Notes: generated by a model not told the origin, from the letters alone. Positions 36,051-46,236 are shown, counted from the stretch's first letter. The stretch: DNA of 64,000 bases from Deltaproteobacteria bacterium (GCA_040218735.1 JAVJQW010000043.1:96001-160000), one strand, 5' to 3'. Numbers and translations are program-made.

Positions 36051-38714
36051 ATGCCCGCTGCCCGGTGGATCCTGCTGGCGCTCGCGCTAGCGGGGTGCCG
36101 CGAAGCGAAGCGTGCGCCGCCCGACGCCGGGATCGAGCTCGTACGGACCTGGTCGGGCCGGCTGAGCGGGTCGCAGCCTCTCCACCTGGACGTCCCGAAG
36201 GGCGCCGCCGTGGAGGTGGTGGTCGAGCAGCGCAGCGCCGACGTCGCGCTGGTTTGGGGGGGCGAGCGGATCGACCGTGTCGCGGGGCCCCGAGGCGACG
36301 AGCGGTGGGGCGGGCGCGCCCCGGACGGTGTCTTCGTCCTCGAGAAGGCGCACCCGAGGTTCGACAACGGCGAGGTGCGTCTTCACGTCGTCACTGGGAC
36401 ACGCGCGGAGGCCCGCCTGGAGCTGCACCGTGTGCTGCGCGCCTACGAGACAGGCACCGCGACCGTCGCCGCGTCGTGGCGTGCGCCCGACGACGAGACG
36501 GAAGCGGAGCTCACGCTCGCGGAGGCGGTGTGGCGGTGGGAACGTCGCGAGGTCGAGCTCGCGCAAGCTGGATTGCAGAGCGCGATCGAGCGCGCGAAGT
36601 CACGCCGGGACATCGCCGCACGCGCCCACGCGCGGCTCGGCGACATCGCGTACTTCCTGGGCGATCTGGAGGCGGCCAAGACCCACTTCGACGAAGCGCT
36701 CCGTGGCGCGCTCGCGATCGACGCGGCGACGATCGAGCTCCAGGCCCGCATCGGCGTCGCAGCCGTCCACTCTTCGAAGAACGAACACGACGAAGCGCTC
36801 GCGGTCTTGGAGCACGTCGCCGCGATCGCCGAGGGCGTCGGCGACGACTATTCGCTGGCAATCGCCTACGACCTCACGGGGACGATCTACTTCCGGCTCG
36901 GCGAGTCCCGGCAGGCGCGGAGGTACTACGTCGACAGTCACGACGCGCTCGCGCGTCTGAACGCGACCCAGGCGCAGGGGCGCGTCCTCCACAAACTCGG
37001 GCTGCTCGCGCGGGAGCTCGAAGACGACATCCCCGCTGCGCTCGACGCGTTCGACCGCGCGCTGCCCATGTTGGAGGACGCGAAGAGCGTCGAGGGGGAG
37101 GCGCTGGTACACATCGACCGCGGCCTCACGTGGTTCCTCCGCGGAGAGCGTGACGCCGCGAAGAAGGCGCTCGAACAGGGTTACGCGCTCTCCAAGAGGT
37201 ACCGGATTCAACACCTGCACGGTCGCGCGGCGTGGGGCCTCGGCGTGTTGGCCAACGCCAACGGTGATCACGAGGCTGCGGTCGAGCGCTTCGAGGAGGC
37301 GGTCGAGAAGTTCGACGCCGTGCAGGACGCGATCTACGAGGCGCGCGCCGAGGGCGGGCTCGCGCAAGCCTGGCGCTCGCGGGGCGGCGCGAAGGAGGCG
37401 CTCGAACACGCGCAACGAGCGGTGGCCCTCGCGGAGTCCGTGCGCGCTCGCGTTCGCGCGCCGGACCTGCGGACGAGCGCGTTCGCCGACGTACGTCGGA
37501 CCTACGAGCTCCTGCTGGCGCTGCGAATCGCGACGGGGGCGTCACCGCTCGAGACCCTCCGCGTGAGCGAACGTGCGCGCGCTCGTTCGTTGTTCGAAGC
37601 GCTGCAGCGCGCGCGGGTCGCCGATGTCGCGCTGCGATCCGCGATCCCGGATCTCTCGGTCCCCGATCTCACCCGCCGCCTCGGCCGCCAAGGTGCCCTG
37701 GTCGAGTACTTCCTCGCGGAGCCGCGGAGCTGGGCGTGGGTCGTCGACGCCGACGGTGTTCGTCGCTACGAGCTCGCGGGGCGCGCGAAGATCGAGGCTG
37801 CGGTGCGCGCGTGGCGGGACGCGATCGAGGCGCGAGGCCCGGAGGTCGACGCGCTGGGCGCTCCGTTGTCTGCACTGATCGGCGCACCGCTGGCGAAGGC
37901 GCCTCGGGACCTCTGGATCGTCCCGGACGGCGCGTTGCACTACGCGCCCTGGGCGGCGTTGCCCGACGGTGACGGACGCGCGCTGGTGGAGCAGCACATC
38001 GTACGCCTCGCGCCGAGCGCGGCCTTTGCTTCGCGTCCCGCGAGGCCCATGCCCGAGGCGCCGAGGATCGCCATCGTCGCCGATCCGGTGTTCAGCGCCG
38101 CGGACCCCCGCCTCGAGACCCCCGACCCGGCGGCGGATGTACCCTTCGCGCGCCTCGGGTTCGCGCGAAGTGAAGCCGACGTGATCGCGAGCCGTGCGAA
38201 GGGACGCGCCGATCGATGGCAGGGGGTCGACGCCAACCTCGCGCTCGTCCGCGGAGGCGCGTTCGCGGGGCGGGACATCCTTCACTTCGCGACGCACGCC
38301 GTCGTCTCTCCCACCTCGCCCGAGCGCGCCGCGTTGATCCTGTCGCTGGTCGACGCGGACGGGACGTCACGCGAAGGCGCGCTCACGCTCGCGCATATCT
38401 ACGACCTCCAGCTCGACGCCCGGCTCGTCGTCCTCAGCGCGTGTGAGACCGCGCTCGGTGAGCACGTGCGCGGGGAGGGGCTCCTCGGTCTGGGGCGCGC
38501 GTTTCTGTTCGCGGGGAGTCACTCGGTGGCGTCGAGCCTGTGGCGGGTCGATGACCGCGCGACGTACCAGCTCATGTCGCGGTTCTACGCGGAGCTGCTC
38601 GGGACGCACTCGGACCCGGCTCGGGCCCTGCGCGCGGCGCAACTCGGCCTGCGCGCCGATGAACGGTACACGCACCCTCGTGACTGGGCATCGTTCCTCG
38701 TCGTCGGGCGCTGA
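36051..38714 (+). CDS. TPR-CHAT (caspase-HetF) protease, lipoprotein
   Basis: Lipobox LALAGC; TPR array; SERARARSL; VPDGALHY.PW.AL; ILHFATHA (His) and VVLSACETALG (Cys); HPRDWASF. Confidence 0.93.
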   Translation: MPAARWILLALALAGCREAKRAPPDAGIELVRTWSGRLSGSQPLHLDVPKGAAVEVVVEQRSADVALVWGGERIDRVAGPRGDERWGGRAPDGVFVLEKAHPRFDNGEVRLHVVTGTRAEARLELHRVLRAYETGTATVAASWRAPDDETEAELTLAEAVWRWERREVELAQAGLQSAIERAKSRRDIAARAHARLGDIAYFLGDLEAAKTHFDEALRGALAIDAATIELQARIGVAAVHSSKNEHDEALAVLEHVAAIAEGVGDDYSLAIAYDLTGTIYFRLGESRQARRYYVDSHDALARLNATQAQGRVLHKLGLLARELEDDIPAALDAFDRALPMLEDAKSVEGEALVHIDRGLTWFLRGERDAAKKALEQGYALSKRYRIQHLHGRAAWGLGVLANANGDHEAAVERFEEAVEKFDAVQDAIYEARAEGGLAQAWRSRGGAKEALEHAQRAVALAESVRARVRAPDLRTSAFADVRRTYELLLALRIATGASPLETLRVSERARARSLFEALQRARVADVALRSAIPDLSVPDLTRRLGRQGALVEYFLAEPRSWAWVVDADGVRRYELAGRAKIEAAVRAWRDAIEARGPEVDALGAPLSALIGAPLAKAPRDLWIVPDGALHYAPWAALPDGDGRALVEQHIVRLAPSAAFASRPARPMPEAPRIAIVADPVFSAADPRLETPDPAADVPFARLGFARSEADVIASRAKGRADRWQGVDANLALVRGGAFAGRDILHFATHAVVSPTSPERAALILSLVDADGTSREGALTLAHIYDLQLDARLVVLSACETALGEHVRGEGLLGLGRAFLFAGSHSVASSLWRVDDRATYQLMSRFYAELLGTHSDPARALRAAQLGLRADERYTHPRDWASFLVVGR

Positions 38715-38761
38715 GCGGGTCGAGTAGCGCTGGCGGTGACGGCGGCCTAACATCACGCCCC

Positions 38762-40660
38762 GTGCGACGCCTCGCACCGCTGTTGATGTTCGCGACGGTC
38801 GCGTGTTCGTCGAAGCTCGCGCTGGACGTGCGGCTGACGATGGCGCTGCGTCCCGATCCCTTCGAGGACGTCGCGACCGTCAGACTTCGCGCGCTGGAGG
38901 GGGGCCGCCTGGTCGACGTCGGCGAGGGCCGCTGGGACCAGGGACCCCTCGACCTTCCCACGCTGGTGTCGCCCGAGGCGTCGCGGTTCGTGATCGAGGG
39001 CCTCTCGGAAGACGGGCGTGTGGTCTCTTCCGGCGCGTCGGGTGAGCTCGATCTGCTCACGGCGCCGCCCGAGGAGGGGCTCGACATCGTCTTCACGCGG
39101 GTGGGGGTGCTGAGTGTCCTCGACGATCTGGGCACCCCCCGCATCGGGGGCCGCGTCGTCGAGCTCGACGACGGGACGCTCCTCGTCGCGGGGGGCGTCG
39201 ACGAGAGCGGTTGCGCGCGCGAGGACACCGAGATCTATTCAATGGACGGCGCCCGCCTCGAACGTGGACCGCCGCTGGTCGGAGGTCGCGTCGGTGATTT
39301 CCACCTCCTCGCGCTCGGCGACGCGCGGTCGGTCGTCGTGGGCGGAGAGGCGGCGCCGGGTTGTGGTGAGGCGGTCGCGGCGAGCGATGTCGTGGTGTTC
39401 GATGGCCGCTCGGCGCGCCGCGTCCAGGCGCCTGGGTTCAACCTTCGTGGTGCGAGCTACGCGGTCTCGTCGGCGACGGAGATCGCCGCCGCCGGCGGGG
39501 AAGGGGACATCGTCTCGCGCACCGAGGTGCTCCGCCTCGACCTCGGCTCGGAGTCCGTGCGGTCCATCGGCACGCTGGACGCGCCGCGCGCGTGGGCGCA
39601 GGGCGTCGTGGTGTCCTCGGGGCGCATCGCGCTCCTCGGGGGACAGGCGCAGCGCGACGCGGCGACGGCGCTCGACTCCACGTCCGTGTTCGTCCCCAGC
39701 CGTGGTGCGGCGCTCGACGAGCGCATCGGTCTGGGGCGTCCGCTCATTGCGCCGGCCGCGTGGCGCACGGTGGCCGGCGGCGTCGTCTACGCGGCGGGGC
39801 GCTCCGCGACCGGTGAAGGCCACGCCGAGGTTCGGATGTTGGTGGTGAAGACCGAGCGCGACTTTCCGCTGGGGGATTCGACGTTGGTGACGTCGGTGTC
39901 GTCGACGGTCTCGGACGGGCGCTTCGTCGATGTCGGCGACGGGAGTGTGTTGCTCCTCTCCGACGAGCGCGCCTTCTGGGTGCAGACGTTACCGCGACGC
40001 GCGCGCTCGCTCGACGCCGAAGGGGCCGCGCTCCTCGGCGGAGGGCGTGTCGCCGACGGACGTGTCGTCCTCCGCGCTCGCGACGGTCGTTACTTCTCGT
40101 TCAACCCGGGGCTGTCCGTGCTCGGCGTGCTCGCGCGTCAGGGTCGGCTCGCCGTCGACGAAGGCGAAGTGCTCGATGGTGTCGGCATCGGCGTGGTGCC
40201 GCGACGCCCGGACGCTTGGCAGCTGACGACCGAAGGTTTGGTCGTGACCCAACCCGATGCGCTCGAAGGTGAGGTGCGACCGAACGAGTGGGCGGTGTTT
40301 GCGCAGGACACGCAGCTCGACTTCGAGGTCGCGTTCGACATGCGCCTCACGGCGAATGCGCGCGCGGCGCTGCTGTTCGGTCTCGAGGATCAGCGCTTCG
40401 ATCACGTCGTGCTCGGGGCACGAATCTCGGCCCATCGTCAGGACACGATCCTCGACTGCCCGACCGTCGAACGCCCCGAGCTGGCGAACGGCGCGTTTCA
40501 CCGTATTCGGGTGACGCGCTCCGGCGAGACGATCACCGTCGCCGTCGACGGCGCCAACGTGTTCGGCTGCGCGTTGCGTTCGCCGCGCGTGGGGCGATTG
40601 GCGCTCGGCGGCGTGTCCGGCGTGGTGGCGTTCGATCGTGTCGCGTTCGAGGCGCTGTGA
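38762..40660 (+). CDS. Kelch-like propeller lipoprotein with C-terminal ConA/LamG-like domain
   Basis: Lipobox ATVAC; repeated GG Kelch motifs; C-terminal FHRIRVTRSG..ITVAVDG...GRLALG. Confidence 0.72.
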   Translation: MRRLAPLLMFATVACSSKLALDVRLTMALRPDPFEDVATVRLRALEGGRLVDVGEGRWDQGPLDLPTLVSPEASRFVIEGLSEDGRVVSSGASGELDLLTAPPEEGLDIVFTRVGVLSVLDDLGTPRIGGRVVELDDGTLLVAGGVDESGCAREDTEIYSMDGARLERGPPLVGGRVGDFHLLALGDARSVVVGGEAAPGCGEAVAASDVVVFDGRSARRVQAPGFNLRGASYAVSSATEIAAAGGEGDIVSRTEVLRLDLGSESVRSIGTLDAPRAWAQGVVVSSGRIALLGGQAQRDAATALDSTSVFVPSRGAALDERIGLGRPLIAPAAWRTVAGGVVYAAGRSATGEGHAEVRMLVVKTERDFPLGDSTLVTSVSSTVSDGRFVDVGDGSVLLLSDERAFWVQTLPRRARSLDAEGAALLGGGRVADGRVVLRARDGRYFSFNPGLSVLGVLARQGRLAVDEGEVLDGVGIGVVPRRPDAWQLTTEGLVVTQPDALEGEVRPNEWAVFAQDTQLDFEVAFDMRLTANARAALLFGLEDQRFDHVVLGARISAHRQDTILDCPTVERPELANGAFHRIRVTRSGETITVAVDGANVFGCALRSPRVGRLALGGVSGVVAFDRVAFEAL

Positions 40661-40822
40661 CCCTCGATGCAGGTCGATGTCGGATAGTTTGCGAGCGCCC
40701 GTGCACTTTTGGGGCACCTCGACCATGCAAATGCCTCAGTTTGTGACGTTTGCTAGGATAAACGCGAATTCTGTTTATCTCACCTCGCGAATACCTCTGG
40801 ACCCTGGGAATCTAGACATCCG

Positions 40823-42196
40823 GTGTCCGTGGCCGATGCGGCAGCGCGAAGCGATGCTTCGCCCCCACGTGTCCTCGTGGCCGAGGACGACGAGCGCCTC
40901 GCGCGGCTCGTTGCTGCGCGTTTGGTGCACGGTGGCTTCGAAGTCGACTGCGTTTCGGACGGGTTGGCTGCGCTCGAAACAGCGCGTCAGCATACCCACG
41001 GGATACTCGTCCTCGACTATCACCTGCCGAAGCTCGACGGCATCGGCGTGCTCGAAGCGCTCGACGGTCTCGAGGATCGCCCCGCCGTCATCTTGATGTC
41101 TGGTTTCCTCGACGTCGAGCAGACGTTGGAAGCCCTTCGCCTGGGCGCCGCCGAGGTGTTGGAGAAACCGTTCGACCCCGCGCGTCTTTGTGAGGTGGTG
41201 CGATCGGTCGAGCTGCGCGCCAATGACGCGACGCAGGATCTCGTGGCCGACGCGAGCGTCGAGTACTTCGGCGCGTCTGCGCACGCGCGTGCCGTTCGTG
41301 ATCACATCGTGGCCGTCTCGCAATATCCGGAGCTCCCGGTGTTGATCGTCGGTGACACGGGCACGGGCAAGGAGGTCGTCGCGAAGTCGATCCACGCGAT
41401 GCGCGACGGCGACGATCCGTTCGTCGCGATGAACTGCGCGGCGATCACGGACGAGCTGTTCGAGAGCGAGCTCTTCGGTCACGAGGCCGGTGCCTTCACC
41501 GGCGCCGGCGCGCGTCGCGTCGGTCTCCTGGAATCCGCCAAGGGCGGCACCGTCTTCCTCGACGAGATCGGCGAGATGCCGCTGACGCAGCAAGCCAAGT
41601 TGCTGCGCGTCCTCGAGGACCGATCGTTCCGCCCCGTGGGCTCGAACCGCGAAGTGCCGCTCCGCGCACGAATCGTCAGCGCGACGAACCGCGACGTGTC
41701 GGGGGAGCAGCCGGGCGTGATGCGATCCGATCTGTTCTTCCGGCTCGCCGGGTACACGATCCGGCTCGAGCCGCTGAAGACCCGACGCGAAGACATCACG
41801 GTCCTCGCCGAGCGGTTCGTTCAAGACTTCATCAAGCGCTATGCGTCGTCCGATCGTGAGCTGTCCGCGCTCGCGCTCGACGTGTTGCGAATGCACGACT
41901 GGCCCGGCAACGCACGTGAGCTCCGCGCGGTCATCCAGTTCGCGTGCATCCTCGCGACGGACGGCGTCATCGGCGTTCGGCACGTCATCGAGGCCCTGCG
42001 TTCTCGCGGGGTCACGAAGACCGCGGCGACGGCGGAGCCCACGGATCGCGGTGACGTCGGGCTCCGCGAGATGGAACGCCAGCGGATCGCCACCGTGTAC
42101 GCGGAGTGCCGCGGCAACGCGAGCCGCGCCGCCCGCAAGCTCGGCATCCCGCGCTCCACGCTCCGCGACAAACTCGAGCGGTACGGCATCAGTTAG
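40823..42196 (+). CDS. Sigma54-dependent response regulator (REC-AAA+-HTH)
   Basis: VAEDDE..LDYHLP; GDTGTGKE; ESELFGHEAGAFTGA; WPGNAREL; Fis-type HTH. Confidence 0.95.
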   Translation: MSVADAAARSDASPPRVLVAEDDERLARLVAARLVHGGFEVDCVSDGLAALETARQHTHGILVLDYHLPKLDGIGVLEALDGLEDRPAVILMSGFLDVEQTLEALRLGAAEVLEKPFDPARLCEVVRSVELRANDATQDLVADASVEYFGASAHARAVRDHIVAVSQYPELPVLIVGDTGTGKEVVAKSIHAMRDGDDPFVAMNCAAITDELFESELFGHEAGAFTGAGARRVGLLESAKGGTVFLDEIGEMPLTQQAKLLRVLEDRSFRPVGSNREVPLRARIVSATNRDVSGEQPGVMRSDLFFRLAGYTIRLEPLKTRREDITVLAERFVQDFIKRYASSDRELSALALDVLRMHDWPGNARELRAVIQFACILATDGVIGVRHVIEALRSRGVTKTAATAEPTDRGDVGLREMERQRIATVYAECRGNASRAARKLGIPRSTLRDKLERYGIS

Positions 42197-42199
42197 TCG

Positions 42200-43228
42200 T
42201 CAGTTCTGCGCGCCGAGCGCCGCGGTCACGCGGCTCAGCTCCAGCCGCTGCATCCCGATCGTCGTGTTGGTGGGCGAGAACACCGACATCACGATGCGGT
42301 CGTTGTTGATACACCGCATGAGGACGACCTGGTCGCGTCGGGTCAGGACGATCTCCTCGACCGTATCGCCGAGATCCATCGTAGCGACCGCCGAGCACTC
42401 CGCTCGGTAGAGCGCGATGACGAGCTGCGCGAGCTCGTCGAGCCCCTCGCAGTCCCCTTCCGACCAAAGGATCTTGCCGGTGTCCGCCGTGATCTCCGCG
42501 ACGGCGTCGGCGCCGTGGGGGAACGGGGCGGTGAAGTCGCGGGCCTCGTTCAGCTCCAACCCCGACTCGTCGCGAATGCGCATCGACTCCATGATGAGGA
42601 AGCTCATCGACGTATCGATGGTCTGCTCGCCGGAGGCGAAGAGGCTCGAGATGGTGATCGCCGGTGCGTTCCAGCCGATGATCTCGAGCGCTGCGGCTTC
42701 GCCGACCTCTTCGCCGAGTTTCGCGTGGATCAGCGCGCCGTCACGGATGTGGAGTCGGCCGCGGCGCTCGCCCGACTGCACGGTCAACGTGCAGGTCTTC
42801 CGCTCCATCTCGATGATCTGGAGGAACGAGGCGAGGCTGATGTTCCGAACGTGTCCGCGCACGCCGCGCGCGACGGCTTCGAGCAGACGCTCCAGCACGT
42901 TCGGAATGTCGAGCGGCTTCGTGAAACACTCGATCGCCCCGAGGCGGTCGAGCCGCTCCACCGACGCCTGGTCCGGGAAGCCGGTCATCGTGAACACCGG
43001 GACGTGCGGCGCGTTCGACACGATCCACGCGAGGAGCTCGAAGCCGTTCATGCCCGGCATCTGCAGGTCCGTGAGCACCAGATCGACCGGCGTCGACGCG
43101 AGGAGCTCCAACGCCTGCGACCCGTCGGTCGCCGTCACGACCGAGAGATCGCTTCGACGCACCGACAACGTGCGCGCGAGCGCTCGCAGCTGCGCGGGGT
43201 CGTCGTCGATGAGCAACAGACGCGTCAC
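42200..43228 (-). CDS. Response regulator REC + DUF4388/PATAN-like + roadblock-like domain
   Basis: LIDDD..TDLQMP..KP; GHVRNISLASFLQIIEMERKTCTL..G.LIHA; C-terminus resembles 44415..44777. Confidence 0.85.
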   Translation of the reverse strand: MTRLLLIDDDPAQLRALARTLSVRRSDLSVVTATDGSQALELLASTPVDLVLTDLQMPGMNGFELLAWIVSNAPHVPVFTMTGFPDQASVERLDRLGAIECFTKPLDIPNVLERLLEAVARGVRGHVRNISLASFLQIIEMERKTCTLTVQSGERRGRLHIRDGALIHAKLGEEVGEAAALEIIGWNAPAITISSLFASGEQTIDTSMSFLIMESMRIRDESGLELNEARDFTAPFPHGADAVAEITADTGKILWSEGDCEGLDELAQLVIALYRAECSAVATMDLGDTVEEIVLTRRDQVVLMRCINNDRIVMSVFSPTNTTIGMQRLELSRVTAALGAQN

Positions 43229-44220
43229 ACGCCGTCCCCCCGAGGTAAGTAGAAAGCGAACGACGCGCCGCTGGTCGTCGGCTCCAACGTCAACGCACCG
43301 CCGAGGCTCTCGGCCGCTTCCTTAGCATTCGTGAGCCCCAGGCCCGTACCCTGTTCACGCGTCGTGAAGAACGGAAGGAATATCGATTCACGCAGCGGCG
43401 CCGGAATGCCGGGGCCGTCGTCGACGACGCGGACGCGAACGAATTCCGTGTCGGGGATGTCGGGGAGCGGCGCGCGCTCCGCTTGCACGTGCACGTGGGT
43501 CGCGTTGCTCGAAGCCTCCGCGGCGTTCAGCAGGAGGTTCACGAGCACCTGCTCGATCGTCAGCGAGTTGCCCCGCACGCAGTCGGCGTCGTCCGCGACG
43601 TCGATCGTCAGCTCGTGTTCAGCCTTGTGGTAGACCGCGCGCAAGAAGCCCGACGCGCGGTTGAGCGTCTCGCGCAGCGACACCGGCACCGAGACCGTCG
43701 GGCCGAGTCGGGCGTAGTCGAGGAGCCCGTCCACCGTCCCCTGCAACCGCCGCGTCGCGGCCACGACGTCCTCGGCCGTGTCGCGCACCTGCTCGGGCGA
43801 GAGCGAGCCTGACGCCACGGCGAGGTAGTCCGCGCTGTACATGATGTTCGCGAGGGAGTTGCGAAGGTCGTGGGCGATGCTCGCGACGAGGCGACCCGTC
43901 GCCTCCAGGCGCTGGCGATGGAGGCGCTTCGAGGTCTCGACGTGTTTGTCCGAAATCTCGTTCATCAGGAGGAGGTAGTCGTTGCCCGTGCGATAGCGTG
44001 TGCAACCGAGTACATCGAGGCACTCGCGCGAGCGCCACTCGATGGCGTGACCGACCGGGACACGCTCCAGGGAACGCCACAGATCCGATGGCAACGGCCC
44101 GGGGACGTCGTCGATCGCACCGAGGCGGATGAGCATGTCCCGGCCCATCGGCGTCCCCGCAATCGCATGCCCCGCCCGCGAGCACAACGCGAGCGGCGCT
44201 TCGATGCGTTCGAAGTCCAT
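43225..44220 (-). CDS. Cytoplasmic sensor histidine kinase
   Basis: H-box IAHDLRNSL; N-box QVLVNLLLNA; DDGPGI; PFFTT..GTGLGL; no TM. Confidence 0.92.
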   Translation of the reverse strand: MDFERIEAPLALCSRAGHAIAGTPMGRDMLIRLGAIDDVPGPLPSDLWRSLERVPVGHAIEWRSRECLDVLGCTRYRTGNDYLLLMNEISDKHVETSKRLHRQRLEATGRLVASIAHDLRNSLANIMYSADYLAVASGSLSPEQVRDTAEDVVAATRRLQGTVDGLLDYARLGPTVSVPVSLRETLNRASGFLRAVYHKAEHELTIDVADDADCVRGNSLTIEQVLVNLLLNAAEASSNATHVHVQAERAPLPDIPDTEFVRVRVVDDGPGIPAPLRESIFLPFFTTREQGTGLGLTNAKEAAESLGGALTLEPTTSGASFAFYLPRGDGV

Positions 44221-44358
44221 CGCGACCCATGAACACAAGATTCGTTCCCGTCGATGCCGGCGGAGGATCGTCGCGGGAGGTGGCGGATACCGCCACCGGA
44301 TCGGCGGCATTCGCCAGGTCCCGTCGGCGCGGTGTGACCGGCGGACGTGTTCGCGGTG

Positions 44359-44374
44359 TGGCCCACCCGTTGCA
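44359..44374 (+). promoter_or_regulatory. Sigma54 promoter for the roadblock gene
   Basis: TGGCCCACCCGTTGCA = GG-N10-GC, about 40 nt before a GTG with a GGAGGAG RBS. Confidence 0.7.
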
Positions 44375-44414
44375 CTTCGGCTGATGCACACCCGATTCGA
44401 GGAGGAGAACGAAC

Positions 44415-44777
44415 GTGGCCAATATCAATGAATCGCTCACCAACGTCCTAGAGCTGGATGGCGCCATGGGCGCGTGTGTCGTCGACAGCGGCAGCGGGAT
44501 GATGCTCGGGGCTCAAGGCGGTGGGCCCGTCAACCTCGAGGTCGCGGCCGCCGGGAACACGGAGGTCGTCCGCGCGAAGCGCAAGACGATGAACGCGCTC
44601 GACCTGAACGACGACATCGAGGACATCCTCATCTCGCTGGGGCGTCAGTACCACCTCATCCGTCCGCTCAGCCGCAACAACGCGCTGTTCATCTACCTCG
44701 TCCTCGACAAGAACAAGGGGAACCTGGCGATGGCGCGGATGAAGCTCGCCGCGATCGAAAAGGAGATGGTGCTGTAG
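44415..44777 (+). CDS. Roadblock/LC7-like protein
   Basis: LDGAMGACVVDSGSGMMLG...LEVAAAGNTEVVRAK...IEDILISLG.QYHLIRP...NLAMAR. Confidence 0.85.
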   Translation: MANINESLTNVLELDGAMGACVVDSGSGMMLGAQGGGPVNLEVAAAGNTEVVRAKRKTMNALDLNDDIEDILISLGRQYHLIRPLSRNNALFIYLVLDKNKGNLAMARMKLAAIEKEMVL

Positions 44778-44794
44778 CGCCGCGCAGGTAGCGC

Positions 44795-46153
44795 CTAGCT
44801 CGGGGGCTTCGCGAGCCCGTGTTTGCGGAGCAGCCCGCGCAGGTGCTTGCGATCCATCGACGCCAGGCGCGCGGCCTTGCTGATGCTCCCGTCCGCGCGC
44901 GCCATCAACCAACCCAGATAGCTGCGTTCGAAGTCGTGCTCCCAGCCCTGTTTGTGCTCGGAGAACGAGCGCTCCGGGTCGAACACCAGCGTCTGTTCGA
45001 GGGACGGCCCTTCGAACATGTTGTCCGCCGTCGGCAACATGAAACGCGCGACGCCATCGCCCGTCGCCGCGAGCCACAGCCCCCGTTCCACGGTGTTCTT
45101 CAGCTCGCGGACGTTGCCGGGCCAGTCGTGTGCGAGGAGGCTGTTCACCTCGTTGGGATCGATCCGGGCGCGGTGACCGGTGCGCTCCGCGAAGGCGGCC
45201 ACGAACGCGTCGATCAGCAGCGGGATGTCGTCGCGTCGCTCGCGGAGCGGCGGCATTCGAATCGGCACCACCGCCAGGCGGAAGTAGAGATCCTCGCGGA
45301 ACCGACCGCGCTCGACCTCTTCCTCCAGGTCGCGCTTCGTCGCGGCGACGATGCGGACGTCGACCGAGATCGTGCTGCCGCCACCGACGCGTCGAATCTC
45401 CCGGTCGTCGATCGCCCGAAGCAACTTGGGTTGCACGTCGAGCGGGAGCTCACCGATCTCGTCGAGGAACAGCGTGCCGCCCTTGGCGCGCTCGAAGGCG
45501 CCCTCGCGTGACTCGTCGGCGCCGGTGAACGCGCCGCGCTCGTAGCCGAACAGCTCGGCCTCGATCAGCGAGGGCGCGATCGCCCCGCAGTCGAGCGGGA
45601 GGATGCCGCGGTCCTTGCGGCTCGACGCCTCGTGAATCGCGTTGGCGAGGACGTCCTTGCCGGTGCCCGTCTCGCCGAGGAGCAGCACGGTCGCGTCGGT
45701 CGGCGCGATCGCCTCCACCACGCCGAACACCTCGCGCATCGGCAGCGACGCGCCGCGCGCACGACCGAAGTGGTCCGCCGTCGACGGGAGCACCGTGGTC
45801 ACGTCGGACTCGTCCGACAGCCGGAGCTCCACGTCGCCAAGCGCGAGCGTCGAGCCGGGCTCCAACACACCCTCGTGGACGATTCGGCCGTTGAGGCGCG
45901 TTTGCCCGCCGGAGCGATCCGTCACGCGGATGCCCGAGTTGTCGGTCATGACCTGCAGCTCGGCGTGGTCGTCCGCGACCCCCTCCAGCACGATCGTGTT
46001 GCGGTCGTCCGCGCCGATCGTGAAGACCCGACGCGCGACGTCCAGGACCAGCTCTTCGCCCTTCTTGGGGCCGGTCAGCACGATCAGCCGCGGGTGCTCC
46101 AGGCGGATCCGCTGCTGCACGAACGCCGTCTTCGGCCCGGACTTGGCCCCCAC
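44795..46153 (-). CDS. FHA-domain sigma54 enhancer-binding protein
   Basis: N-terminal FHA-like domain; GETGTGKD; [13 protein letters not shown]; FREDLYFRL; WPGNVREL; HTH. Confidence 0.93.
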   Translation of the reverse strand: MGAKSGPKTAFVQQRIRLEHPRLIVLTGPKKGEELVLDVARRVFTIGADDRNTIVLEGVADDHAELQVMTDNSGIRVTDRSGGQTRLNGRIVHEGVLEPGSTLALGDVELRLSDESDVTTVLPSTADHFGRARGASLPMREVFGVVEAIAPTDATVLLLGETGTGKDVLANAIHEASSRKDRGILPLDCGAIAPSLIEAELFGYERGAFTGADESREGAFERAKGGTLFLDEIGELPLDVQPKLLRAIDDREIRRVGGGSTISVDVRIVAATKRDLEEEVERGRFREDLYFRLAVVPIRMPPLRERRDDIPLLIDAFVAAFAERTGHRARIDPNEVNSLLAHDWPGNVRELKNTVERGLWLAATGDGVARFMLPTADNMFEGPSLEQTLVFDPERSFSEHKQGWEHDFERSYLGWLMARADGSISKAARLASMDRKHLRGLLRKHGLAKPPS

Positions 46154-46236
46154 GCTGAGACGCTACCACCGACCGCGACCCCGCCAAAGATCTGCGCATC
46201 ACGCCCAGGCTTGGCCGGTCCGACCCGGGCTGCTAG

